From: a virus
Taxonomy: Duplodnaviria > Heunggongvirae > Uroviricota > Caudoviricetes
Direction: 5' to 3' (one strand)
IMG/VR virus record: IMGVR_UViG_3300032156_000002
Coordinates: 9,023 to 73,022 of that record
DNA: 64,000 bases
The translations under genes and the position numbers were made by a program. Within the stretch, counting starts at the first letter, position 1. Every line of letters starts with the position of its first letter. A model generated the notes under the pieces. That model worked only from the letters and a program-made list of their open reading frames with translations, ran no database searches and was not told the DNA's origin. Below, piece by piece: positions 45,310 to 54,800 of the stretch.

Positions 45310-45572
45310 GCATCCCGCTGTTGCCTGTCCTGAAGCCGGTCCTGAAACCGGTCCTTTGCTCAGTTGTAGGCCACGACTGGAAAGACGAAACAATCACCGA
45401 AGGCATCAAACGCCTGCGGTGCGCCCGTTGCAGTGAACTCGGATACCCGGTGCCAAATGGCATGGAGCGCCCTGACTCCAACCTGAGTGGTGCCAATGGC
45501 ACAACGGAAGCCGAAGTCTCGCAAGACGGCCAAGAGTCGCGCGCCCCTGACGGGCGCGGCATCCAACCGTAG
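45306..45572 (+). CDS. Hypothetical 88 aa protein.
   Basis: ORF track. Confidence 0.35.
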   Translation: MSIPLLPVLKPVLKPVLCSVVGHDWKDETITEGIKRLRCARCSELGYPVPNGMERPDSNLSGANGTTEAEVSQDGQESRAPDGRGIQP

Positions 45573-46446
45573 ACCAACCAAGCCAACGCGCACGCGCCGG
45601 GAGGTAGCCGCTACCGTCAAAGAGCGGCTGGACTACCCCTCGCCTCCCCCCGCGCCACTGCCCGGCATTCGTCCCCCCGATTTTCAATCAGAGATTGCAT
45701 CGAGCGATTCCGAGCGATGTACGGCTCGGCGCAAGGTGTGCCGCAATCCCGCGACCGGGTGCGAGTACCGCTACCCGCGTGGCGACCCCTCGACAGTATG
45801 CCCCGTGTGCGGATTTCCGCGCCGGTGCAAGAACCACGTTGCGCCGGGTTTCAGTGTATGTCGCATGCACGGGGCGAATCCGAAAGGTATCAAATCTGCT
45901 AAATATATGGTTTCGTCCCAAATCAGTGCGGCATTCAACCGCATCATAGCGCACCCGTCGCTCCTCGAACTCAGCCAAGAGATTGCCCTCGCGGCCACGC
46001 GCACCGACCAAATCATGGAGATGATGAACGACAACAACCCGGCGGCCAGCGTGGATGTCATCATGCAGGCCGCCAACATGATTGAGGTCGGCATTGTCAC
46101 GCATCAGGACTCGCAGGTACGAGCGGGCATGGCTCTGTTGCGCGCCGCGCTCGACCCGGCCTTTATCACTAAGCGGCTGTGGGAGGAGTTCCGCGAGAAC
46201 ACCGAACTCATCCGGCGCTTGAGTGAGACGGAACGTAAGTGGGGTTTCGCCAACAAGCAGGCGGTCCCCATCAATCAGGTCCTCGAATTCACCGTGTGGC
46301 TTCAGCAGTTGGTGCTCAAGTACATCCCCAACCCCGTAGACCGAGGCGCGTTCGCGCGCGAAATCCGCTCAGTGTTCCCCGTAGCCGCCGCCGAGGCCGC
46401 CGGGATACGCACAGGAGGCATCGTAGATGTCGTCAAGAGAGATTAG
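45487..46446 (+). CDS. Possible terminase small subunit or DNA-binding protein. Assigned by position only. Start uncertain.
   Basis: Lies immediately upstream of the large terminase. Basic N-terminus, Zn-finger-like CPVCGF...C..H, and a helical C-terminus. Confidence 0.3.
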   Translation: MVPMAQRKPKSRKTAKSRAPLTGAASNRRPTKPTRTRREVAATVKERLDYPSPPPAPLPGIRPPDFQSEIASSDSERCTARRKVCRNPATGCEYRYPRGDPSTVCPVCGFPRRCKNHVAPGFSVCRMHGANPKGIKSAKYMVSSQISAAFNRIIAHPSLLELSQEIALAATRTDQIMEMMNDNNPAASVDVIMQAANMIEVGIVTHQDSQVRAGMALLRAALDPAFITKRLWEEFRENTELIRRLSETERKWGFANKQAVPINQVLEFTVWLQQLVLKYIPNPVDRGAFAREIRSVFPVAAAEAAGIRTGGIVDVVKRD

Positions 46447-46582
46447 GCCGTGGTGGGCCAAGTGGCCCATCGCCCGTCTGTTGTGCTTTTTCAATCGCCA
46501 CGTCTACATCATCCGCTCCAACCCAACCGGAATCGGATTGGGTTTCTGCTATCACTGCGGCGAGTACGTCGGAGGTTAGCCC

Positions 46583-48172
46583 GTGGTTGTCCGCGACACG
46601 CAGTACAAATTCCGCATCCCGCCCGAGGACTGGATAAGCGACAGGGCGGTTGGAATCGCGCAAGCCGCCGACCCGCCGGAACCGAACGACCCGGCAGTGG
46701 CGGCCAAGATGCGTGCCGCCCGCACGTCGCTCATTGATTTCACCGAGCATACCTACCCGACCTACAAGACCGAGGAGTTTCATCGGCACCTTGCCGGGGC
46801 GTTGCAGAAGGTCGTCATCCCGCGCGCGGACGGCACGCGCGAGATTCCCAAACTGATGATTTTCGCGCCGCCCCAGCACGGCAAGTCGGAACTGGTGAGC
46901 ATCCGCACGCCGCCCTTCTGGCTGGCGCACAACCCGGACTTGCCCGTTGCGCTCATTTCCTACGCGGCGGCCAAAGCCTACGACAACAGCCGACGCGCGC
47001 GCAGTGTCCTTGAGTCCGACGCCTACCGCGACATCTTCCCGTACATCAACGGGGACCCGAACAACCGGCGCGTCACAGATTGGCACATCCTCGGGCGCAA
47101 GGGCTATGCGCTGGCCGCGGGCCTCGGCGGCCCTATCACCGGCCACGGGTTCGGCCTTGGCATCATTGATGACCCGTTCGAAAGTTGGGCGGACGCGCAA
47201 TCGGAGACCATGCGCGAGGGGGCGTGGAGTTGGTACGACGGCACGTTCCGCACCCGCATGTGGGAGAACAGCGCGGTCATCTTTATGATGACGCGCTGGC
47301 ATCTCGACGACCTCGCGGGCCGCCTGCTCGAATCCGAGGGCGAGGTAACAGAGGGCGGGGAGTGGACTGTCCTGCGCTATCCGGCGCTCGCAGAGGAAGG
47401 CGACATTCTCGGGCGCGAGATTGAAGCGCCTTTGGCCCCCAAGCGATTTTCAAAGACGTTCTTGCTCGACCTCAAAGAGAAGGCCAGCCCGTTCGTCTGG
47501 AATGCTGAATACCAACAGCACCCGATTGCCAGCACCGGCGACGTTTTCAATATCGCCCGGCTTCAGATTGTGGACGCACTGCCTGCGGAGGTCGCCGAAG
47601 TTGATGCCCCTGACGAGCCGGGCAAACCTCCGCGCATAGTCGAAGTCCACAAGGGCACACGCTACTGGGACCTCGCGGGTACAGAGGCCAAGACATCCAA
47701 GAGCGACCCGGACTGGACCGTAGGTACAGGTCTGACAACGTTCGAGGCCAAGTCGTTCATTTGGGATGTGGTGCGCATGCGCGCGTCACCCGAGGGCGTG
47801 CGCGCGACCATCGGGTTGACGGCGCAGACGGATGGACGCAGGGTGCGGGTCCGCATCGAGCAAGAAGGTGGGCAGGCGGGCAAGGCGCAGGTGCAGGACT
47901 ACATTGGCTTCCTCCAAGGATTCGACGTTGACGGCGACCTGCCAAGCGGCGACAAGCGGGTACGCGCCATGCCGCTCGCCGCTCAGGTGAACGCTGGCAA
48001 CGTGTTCCTGCTCCGCGGACCATGGAACAAGCAGTTCATGGCCGAACTTGCCGAGTTTGACCACGGCAAGCACGATGACCAAGTGGACAGTGCCGACGGA
48101 GCGTTCAACATCGAGACCGGCCAGCCGAAGTGGCGCAAGATTGGATTCAAGGCAATTTCGGGGCCAAGATAG
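46583..48172 (+). CDS. terL: Terminase large subunit with a GTG start.
   Basis: Walker A in IFAPPQHGKSEL. DDPFE and MMTRWHLDDL ATPase and nuclease-type motifs. 529 aa. Confidence 0.85.
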   Translation: MVVRDTQYKFRIPPEDWISDRAVGIAQAADPPEPNDPAVAAKMRAARTSLIDFTEHTYPTYKTEEFHRHLAGALQKVVIPRADGTREIPKLMIFAPPQHGKSELVSIRTPPFWLAHNPDLPVALISYAAAKAYDNSRRARSVLESDAYRDIFPYINGDPNNRRVTDWHILGRKGYALAAGLGGPITGHGFGLGIIDDPFESWADAQSETMREGAWSWYDGTFRTRMWENSAVIFMMTRWHLDDLAGRLLESEGEVTEGGEWTVLRYPALAEEGDILGREIEAPLAPKRFSKTFLLDLKEKASPFVWNAEYQQHPIASTGDVFNIARLQIVDALPAEVAEVDAPDEPGKPPRIVEVHKGTRYWDLAGTEAKTSKSDPDWTVGTGLTTFEAKSFIWDVVRMRASPEGVRATIGLTAQTDGRRVRVRIEQEGGQAGKAQVQDYIGFLQGFDVDGDLPSGDKRVRAMPLAAQVNAGNVFLLRGPWNKQFMAELAEFDHGKHDDQVDSADGAFNIETGQPKWRKIGFKAISGPR

Positions 48173-48339
48173 CCTATCGCAAGGTGCAAACATGCTTTAT
48201 CAATCATTCCTGCACTGGTATGCTTTTCTCGACAGGCAGTTCCTTGGCCCCCCGGATTCGGGGTGCTCGCGCAAGCCCGCCTACGGCGGGCGCACGGTCG
48301 TTAGCCTAAATCCTCGCACAGCGAGGTTGGAGAATCCAC

Positions 48340-50766
48340 ATGGCAAAGCCTACTGACCCAACCGATAACGCGCGCGCCCTGCATCTGCCCGCGTACCTCA
48401 ACCGCGTGGTCCCCTACTGGGGGCATCCGGGCTGGCTCATGGCCGAGCGGTGGCGCTCGTTCGTGCGCAATCAGGCGCTCTGCCTCGTCTGTCGCGACAC
48501 ACTCATTCAGAACGTATTATCAACCCCGTGGGATGTCGTGGCGAAGGACCCCGGCGACAAGCAAAGCCCCAGCCTCAAGAAGTCCATTGACCGAATCAAG
48601 AAAGTCCTCGAGGACGCCGAGGGCGACTTCGACACATTCTGCGAACTCGTATTGCAGGACATGCTCGACATTCCGTTCGGCGGCGCGTTCGAGGTGGGCC
48701 GCGAGGACGACTCGCCCGACGGCGATGTGCTGTGGATAGAACACATTGACGGTGCGACACTTCTGCCCACTGGCGACCCGGATGACCCGGTTGAACAACG
48801 GGTCAAGCAGATGCCCACGCGCACCGTCAGATTTCCAAAGTATGCCATCGAGCGGTTGTACGTGACGCCGCGCCCGGAGATTGACCGCAAGGGATGGGGC
48901 ATGGCCCCGCCTGAGAAGGCGTACCTCGCCATTGAGATGCTGTTCCGCGGCGACCGCTATTACGCGAATCTCTTGCTCGACACGCCCGAGGCGGGCATCC
49001 TCGACCTGATTGACATGGAGGAACAGGATGCCGAGGATTGGATTGCCAATGCCAAGGCTCTGTTCACTGGAATCGACGGATTCAAGGTGCCCGTTCTCTA
49101 TCAGCACACAAAACCCGCCGTGTGGATTCCTTTCAACCGCCCTCCCACCGACCTGCTATACGACAAGACAACCATCAAGTACGCGCAAATCCTTGCCGCG
49201 GCTTACGGGATGCGACTCTCTGACATCGGCATGGAGGACATGGGCGGCGAGAAAACTCTTGCGGGCGTTATCCGGGGAGAGCGGCAATCGAGGCGCAGTG
49301 GACAGGCACTTGTCCGAACCAAACTTGAGAACGCCATGGACCGCGTTGTTGGAGACAAACTCAAATTCATCTGGAAGATAGACGATGACGAAGTGACGCT
49401 CGGCAAGGGCCGCGCCGTGATGACATACGTGCAAGGGCTGACGGCCGCCAAGGAAGCGGGTTTCATTGACGCGGCGGAAGGGCGGCGCGAATTGGTCGCG
49501 ACCGGCGTGCTCAAGGTCGAGATTGACCCCGAGGCTTTGCCTCCGCCTCCGGCGATGCCCGGCGCTATTGACCCGGCGACCGGCCTTCCCATCATGCCGC
49601 CGAATCCTCTTGAGGCGGCGGCCAGCGGCACGTCATCCGCGGAGTTGGGCGGGGTCCCCGTGAGTCAGGGCGGGCGAGGCGATAGTGGACTGCTGACACA
49701 GCGCGGTATTGCCGGAACGCGAACCACAGAGCAACTGCAAGCCGAGATGGCGCGGATTATCAAACCGGCGCTCACCCTCGTGGTCGAGCGCGCCGAGGAA
49801 CCGCGATTGCGCAGGCTTGTGCGCGCGGTAACAACGGCCATGGTCCCCAAGGTGGAGCGAACTTTCCTCGACCTCACCGATGAACAAATCGAGGAAACGT
49901 GGCTCCCCGAGATGCTGGCCTTCGACTTCGACGAGCCGAACGAGGTCGAGAACGCCGTGTTGCGAAGTGAGGCCGACGAACTGCGGGTCGAGGTCGAAAA
50001 GCATCTGGCCGATGACCCGTGGTGGAGAACAGCCACCGACGCCCGCAAGGACGAAATCATGGTCGTGATGCGCGCGGCGGCGGAGGCCGGGGCGGTGAAC
50101 GCGGGCTATGCCATCGTGCACGCGCTGTACGAGGCGGGCCAGCGGCGTGACTACGCCATGACGGGATATTCATTCAACCTCAGGAACAGGGCGACCATCG
50201 CCTTGCTTGAGGAGCGCGCGGCTAATCTCGTGCGCTGGGTGGACGAAGCGACCAAGACCTTCATCCGGCGTGTCGTGGTAGCCGGTGTGCGGCAGGGTTT
50301 GAGTTCGCCGGAGATTGCGCAGGCCATTCGTGACGGCGCGACCGCCGAACACATCCTGCAAGTAGATGGCTTCATCGGCGATGTCACGAAACTCATCCGC
50401 GAGGGACTCGTGGAGATGAGCGAGGCGCGGAGCAACTCGATTGTCAATACCGAAATCGCGCACGCCGAAACGACCGGGCGACTCGTGCAGTTCAAGATGT
50501 CCGGCCTGACCACGAAGGCGTGGGTCCACCGCGGCAAACGCGGCGTAACAGCCAAGGGCAACGTGCACCCATGTCCCCTGTGCGCGGGCAACGAGGCCAT
50601 GGGTTTTGTGCCGATTGACTTTGCGTACCCGACCGTGTTCCGCAATGAACCGTCGCCCGTGCCGCCCGCGCATCCGAGCGTGTGCCACTGCGACATCATG
50701 TTCAACGAGGCCGAACTTCTGGCCAAGGTGGGGACGAACGAATACCGTCCGTGGAACGGGCGGTAG
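48340..50766 (+). CDS. Portal protein fused to a C-terminal phage Mu F-like head-morphogenesis domain.
   Basis: Lies after terL. The C-terminal roughly 150 aa, with IVNTEIAHAETTGR...CPLCAGNEAMGFVPIDFAYPT, matches the Mu F/SPP1 gp7 family. The N-terminal roughly 500 aa has portal-like size and position. Confidence 0.7.
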   Translation: MAKPTDPTDNARALHLPAYLNRVVPYWGHPGWLMAERWRSFVRNQALCLVCRDTLIQNVLSTPWDVVAKDPGDKQSPSLKKSIDRIKKVLEDAEGDFDTFCELVLQDMLDIPFGGAFEVGREDDSPDGDVLWIEHIDGATLLPTGDPDDPVEQRVKQMPTRTVRFPKYAIERLYVTPRPEIDRKGWGMAPPEKAYLAIEMLFRGDRYYANLLLDTPEAGILDLIDMEEQDAEDWIANAKALFTGIDGFKVPVLYQHTKPAVWIPFNRPPTDLLYDKTTIKYAQILAAAYGMRLSDIGMEDMGGEKTLAGVIRGERQSRRSGQALVRTKLENAMDRVVGDKLKFIWKIDDDEVTLGKGRAVMTYVQGLTAAKEAGFIDAAEGRRELVATGVLKVEIDPEALPPPPAMPGAIDPATGLPIMPPNPLEAAASGTSSAELGGVPVSQGGRGDSGLLTQRGIAGTRTTEQLQAEMARIIKPALTLVVERAEEPRLRRLVRAVTTAMVPKVERTFLDLTDEQIEETWLPEMLAFDFDEPNEVENAVLRSEADELRVEVEKHLADDPWWRTATDARKDEIMVVMRAAAEAGAVNAGYAIVHALYEAGQRRDYAMTGYSFNLRNRATIALLEERAANLVRWVDEATKTFIRRVVVAGVRQGLSSPEIAQAIRDGATAEHILQVDGFIGDVTKLIREGLVEMSEARSNSIVNTEIAHAETTGRLVQFKMSGLTTKAWVHRGKRGVTAKGNVHPCPLCAGNEAMGFVPIDFAYPTVFRNEPSPVPPAHPSVCHCDIMFNEAELLAKVGTNEYRPWNGR

Positions 50767-50769
50767 CAC

Positions 50770-51072
50770 ATGCGGACTTTCACGGAGAGCAGGGATTATC
50801 AACCTGCGTCATGGCGGGATGTGAAGTTCAGGTCGCCGCGCGGTCGGCAGACTGAGCGAACGGCGAGCGTAACCTGCCCGTGCGGGCGGGTGTATGGATT
50901 GCGAGAGGGAGAGGTCGAGCACGACGGAACCGTGAGGACGCGGCTGGTTTGTCAGTGCGGTTTCGATGACATGATTCGCCTTTCAGGCTGGGAGGCGAGC
51001 GCCGAGGGAGGCGTTAGCGAGGGACGGCCAGCCCAGTTGGCCAGCGCGCCAACAAATCTGACGGGAGGTTAG
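50770..51072 (+). CDS. Hypothetical Zn-finger 100 aa protein.
   Basis: CPCGRV...CQCG. Confidence 0.4.
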   Translation: MRTFTESRDYQPASWRDVKFRSPRGRQTERTASVTCPCGRVYGLREGEVEHDGTVRTRLVCQCGFDDMIRLSGWEASAEGGVSEGRPAQLASAPTNLTGG

Positions 51073-51073
51073 C

Positions 51074-51580
51074 ATGCCAAGGGCAACAGCAACAGCAACA
51101 AGCAAGGCGGCGAAGGACGCGACGGAACCGAAGGCGACGGACACCACGAAGGTCCTGCCCGACGATGGGCCGTCGAAGGTACCGCCGGAACACGCGACGG
51201 AGATTTACCACATCCGGCGCACCCTAGCGCGCGCGAGCAACCCTGCCGCGGGCGCGTGGACTGGACCGGACGCCGACGAGGGAATAGGTAAGATGCTCAA
51301 AGAGGGTTGGGGCGTCAAGGATTTTCAAATCCTTGGCATCAACCCGGAAGGTGTACTCGCGCTGTGGATTCTGACCCGCTCGGAAGAGGGAGCGGGGCTG
51401 TCGGAAGCCAAGCACATCGTCCGCACGTTGTCGGGCGGCGGCCAACTTGGCACGGTCACGGGCTTTCAGGCCGATGCCGTGCTGTCGGGCTACCTGTCGG
51501 ACGGCTGGCGGCTTGAGTTCGTGCGCAACATCGGCTTCGACACCAACGGCATCAACATGGCGTGGATGCTCGTGCGATGA
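51074..51580 (+). CDS. Hypothetical protein, 168 aa.
   Basis: ORF track. Confidence 0.45.
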   Translation: MPRATATATSKAAKDATEPKATDTTKVLPDDGPSKVPPEHATEIYHIRRTLARASNPAAGAWTGPDADEGIGKMLKEGWGVKDFQILGINPEGVLALWILTRSEEGAGLSEAKHIVRTLSGGGQLGTVTGFQADAVLSGYLSDGWRLEFVRNIGFDTNGINMAWMLVR

Positions 51581-51873
51581 ACCTTATCGCCTATGCGGTC
51601 GTGGGGCGGCTCCTGATATGGCTCTGGCAGACATCCGGCCCCACGACTCGCATCTGGAAGTTGCATCCGTTTCTCACTGAGCAAGCGGAGTGCGACTTTT
51701 GCACCGGCTGTTGGGTGTACTTCGCGCTGGCCTTTCTGTTCGGGCAGAACTGGCTTGCGCCCATCTACGTGCCTGTGCTCAGTGAGTTCGTCACGGGCGT
51801 TGTGGCGAGTTTCATTGCCCACCTCGCATCGGCCGGGTGGCAAATGAAGTGGGGAGTGGTCGAGTTGCGCTAG
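51577..51873 (+). CDS. Membrane protein of about 98 aa.
   Basis: Internal Met of ORF 51562..51873. ATGA overlap with the upstream stop. Confidence 0.4.
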   Translation: MNLIAYAVVGRLLIWLWQTSGPTTRIWKLHPFLTEQAECDFCTGCWVYFALAFLFGQNWLAPIYVPVLSEFVTGVVASFIAHLASAGWQMKWGVVELR

Positions 51874-51885
51874 AAAGAGGCGGCC

Positions 51886-54800
51886 ATGCACATGCCCTCG
51901 TGGGCGGCGCAGATTATCAACAGGGCGGCGTTAGCGGAAGCCAATCGCGCCGCCTATGCCTGCGCGTTCCTGTCGCGCTACGGCGACGACGATGTTGACG
52001 AGGCGGCGCTTGCGAAGATTGCCGCCTACCAGCGCCGTGTCTCCGGCATTGCCGGTGTTCTCAAGCGCCCGTTCGAGCCGCAGGAGCCGGGCACCTTCCA
52101 CATCTCGCTGGCCTACTTCCCCGACGCGACCGACGAACAGATAGCGGCTCTGAAAGAGAACCTGTCGCTTCCGATTCCGTTCATCGTGACCGCGCGCGGG
52201 ATAAAGGTCTTTCCGCCCAATGGCGAGGGCCTGAGCGCCGTCGTGTTGGACGTGACCGCAACGCCCGCCCTCCTGCGCCTGCAATCGGAGATTATCAATC
52301 GGGCACTCTCGATGGACCTGAAACTGGGCGACTTCGCGGACCCGACAATCTACAGTCCCCATGTCACCCTTGGGTATAGCACCCTTGAGCAGAAGGACGT
52401 ACCGACCAGCATCGAGCCGTTCGAGTTGTGGGTCCGCGGATTTTCAATCACGCGCCACGACTACGACGTACAGTTGGATGTACGACTACCGCTCGTGCGC
52501 GAGCGCGGGCCGCTCGTGACCAGCGGCGGCCCCGGCTCCGGGCACTTCGGCCACGAGGGTAGGCCGGGCGAGGTCGGCGGCAGTCTGCCCGGCGGAAAAC
52601 TCTCTGTAGTTTATGACGAGCACCTAACAACCGAGGCCGAATACCGGAACGGAGTTATTGCCGTCGGGCCGAAGTTTTACGAACTCGACGATGCGGGACG
52701 GGCGCAAGTCATGGCGCACGAGGAAGGTCACGCCCTGAGCGACCAAATGCTGGCCGATGGGCGGGCGTTCGCGCTTCAAGACCAAGGTGCATTCACGGGA
52801 AAATTCGGCGACGAGACGGTTGATGGAATCAACGGACAACTTACTCCGGGCGAGAACGTAGCCGAGGCCTATGCTGTATGGAAACTCGACCCCGATTGGT
52901 TGTTGGAGCACTACCCACTTGCGCATCAGGCTATCGCCGAAGCGATGGCGCGCGGCGGATTGTCCACTGGGGAGCCGGGCGAGGGTGGATTATCCGAGGA
53001 GCACCAGAAGATATGGGAGGAGACCCGCGCCTCCTACGAGACTGCTCTCGCCGAGAAGTACGGAGTCGCCGAGGAACAGCACTGGGACACGGGGACATGG
53101 ATTGGGAGTGACGGCCGACTGCTTGCGCCCAACCAAGACCATCAGGCAATGGCCCTCGACGTATTGGGCTGGGGTAAGGACCTGACGCCCGGAACGAAGG
53201 AATGGGACGATAAGGGCGAGGCCGCGACGAACGAACTCGTGGCCGCCGGGTTGATTCGGTACAACGTGGCCGAGGCGGAGGTGTTCTTCGACATTCCCTC
53301 GAGGGAGGAAACGACGCATAAGCAGAAGGACGCCATGGCGCGCATCTTGACGATGCTTGCCGCCCGCAATGGGCAATGGCCATATCTTGCCATCAATGTC
53401 GGCCCGCCGTTTGAGGAACATGATTACGAGGGAAGCATCATGGGCGTGAGGGAAGGATACAGATTCCTCGGCCTGTCGGAAATGGGCTATGGCGACAAGG
53501 TTATCACACGCGGCGGACCCGGAAGTGGTCACTTTGGCCACGAGGGTAGGCCGGGCGAGGTCGGCGGAAGCGCACCCTCGGGCGGATTGTCAACTGGCGA
53601 GGCGGGCGCGCCCATTCGCCTGACGAAGGCGGCGCTGAATCGAATCCTCACGTGGTCATCCAGCCGCTACAATATGTACCCCAAACACGTCGCGGTGCAA
53701 CTTGCCTACGAGGTCCTGAACGGGGAGCGACCTGACGCCCCGTACCTGCTCCTCGAATCCGGCAACTACACGGAGGCGGCGGGCGGATTGTCATACGGCG
53801 AGTACATGGTCAATGGCCCCGAGGGCTACATTGTCGGCGGCAAGTACAAGGGGAGCGGGAACACTATAACGAACCCGGCCGACTTCGAGGAACTTGGCCC
53901 GCGCACCTACTTCGACATCGGCCTGAGGACGGGCGAGCCGTGGGCAGTGCACGGCGCGCGGCCGGACCTGTACGATTGGCAAGACGAGACCGTAGAACAC
54001 ATCCCGAAGGAAATGACCGACCGGGTGTGGGGCTACCATGCCGAGGCCGCGGGCGACATTTTCCGCGAGGTGGCCTTGCACGGTTCGGACGCGCCAGATG
54101 GCGGCTACCTGACGGAGAAACTGAAACGGGTCGAGAAGTCCTACCGAACCAGCGACCGCGACATCATCTTTTCCAATCCCCTCGCCCCCGATGACGAGGC
54201 GCGCCGGGTCGAGATGCTCGATGCGTGGCGGTCGGTAGACTATACCGAATTGCCCAAGCAACTGCGACTGGCCATTGGCGTGAATATCGGCCTGTTGGAA
54301 CGCGACCCGAGTGCCGTGCAGTCTGCGATTGAGTCGCTTCGCGCAATGCAGGCGAGCGAGTATGTCGAGCGCGGAGGTGAGGGGTCGGGCCACCACGGAC
54401 ACAAGGGCGTCCCCGGACATCGAGGCGGCAGTGCGCCGTCTGGATTATCAACCGGCGGGACCGAAATCGAGATGCACTTGACGGAAGGCGCGCTGTACGA
54501 TTCTGCCGCTCAGAGCGCATGGATTAGAGCAATCAAGGGAGCGGTGGACCGGCTTTCGGAGCGGGGCATCAAATTACCCGGAAGGCTAATTGTCAGCGAC
54601 TCGTTCCTCGACATCGGAAAGTTCGCCGAGATACGGATGCAGGATAAGTCGGTCGTGACGGACGAGATGGCCGAGTCTTGGGCGCGGGGAAACTTCGAGT
54701 ATACGATTGCCGCCATGTGCGTGCAGACCCACGACAAGAACGACGCCATGTTCTTTGTCAATCCGTCGTGGCGCAGACGTTCGCACGGCATCGTCCCCGA

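Noticed and set aside
48180-48340. Possible promoter or cos-like element between terL and the portal gene (ctttatcaatcattcctgcactggtatgctt).
   Set aside because: It contains one copy of the TTATCAA motif and a TGGTATGCT -10-like element, but no convincing -35 or repeats. That is too weak to call.
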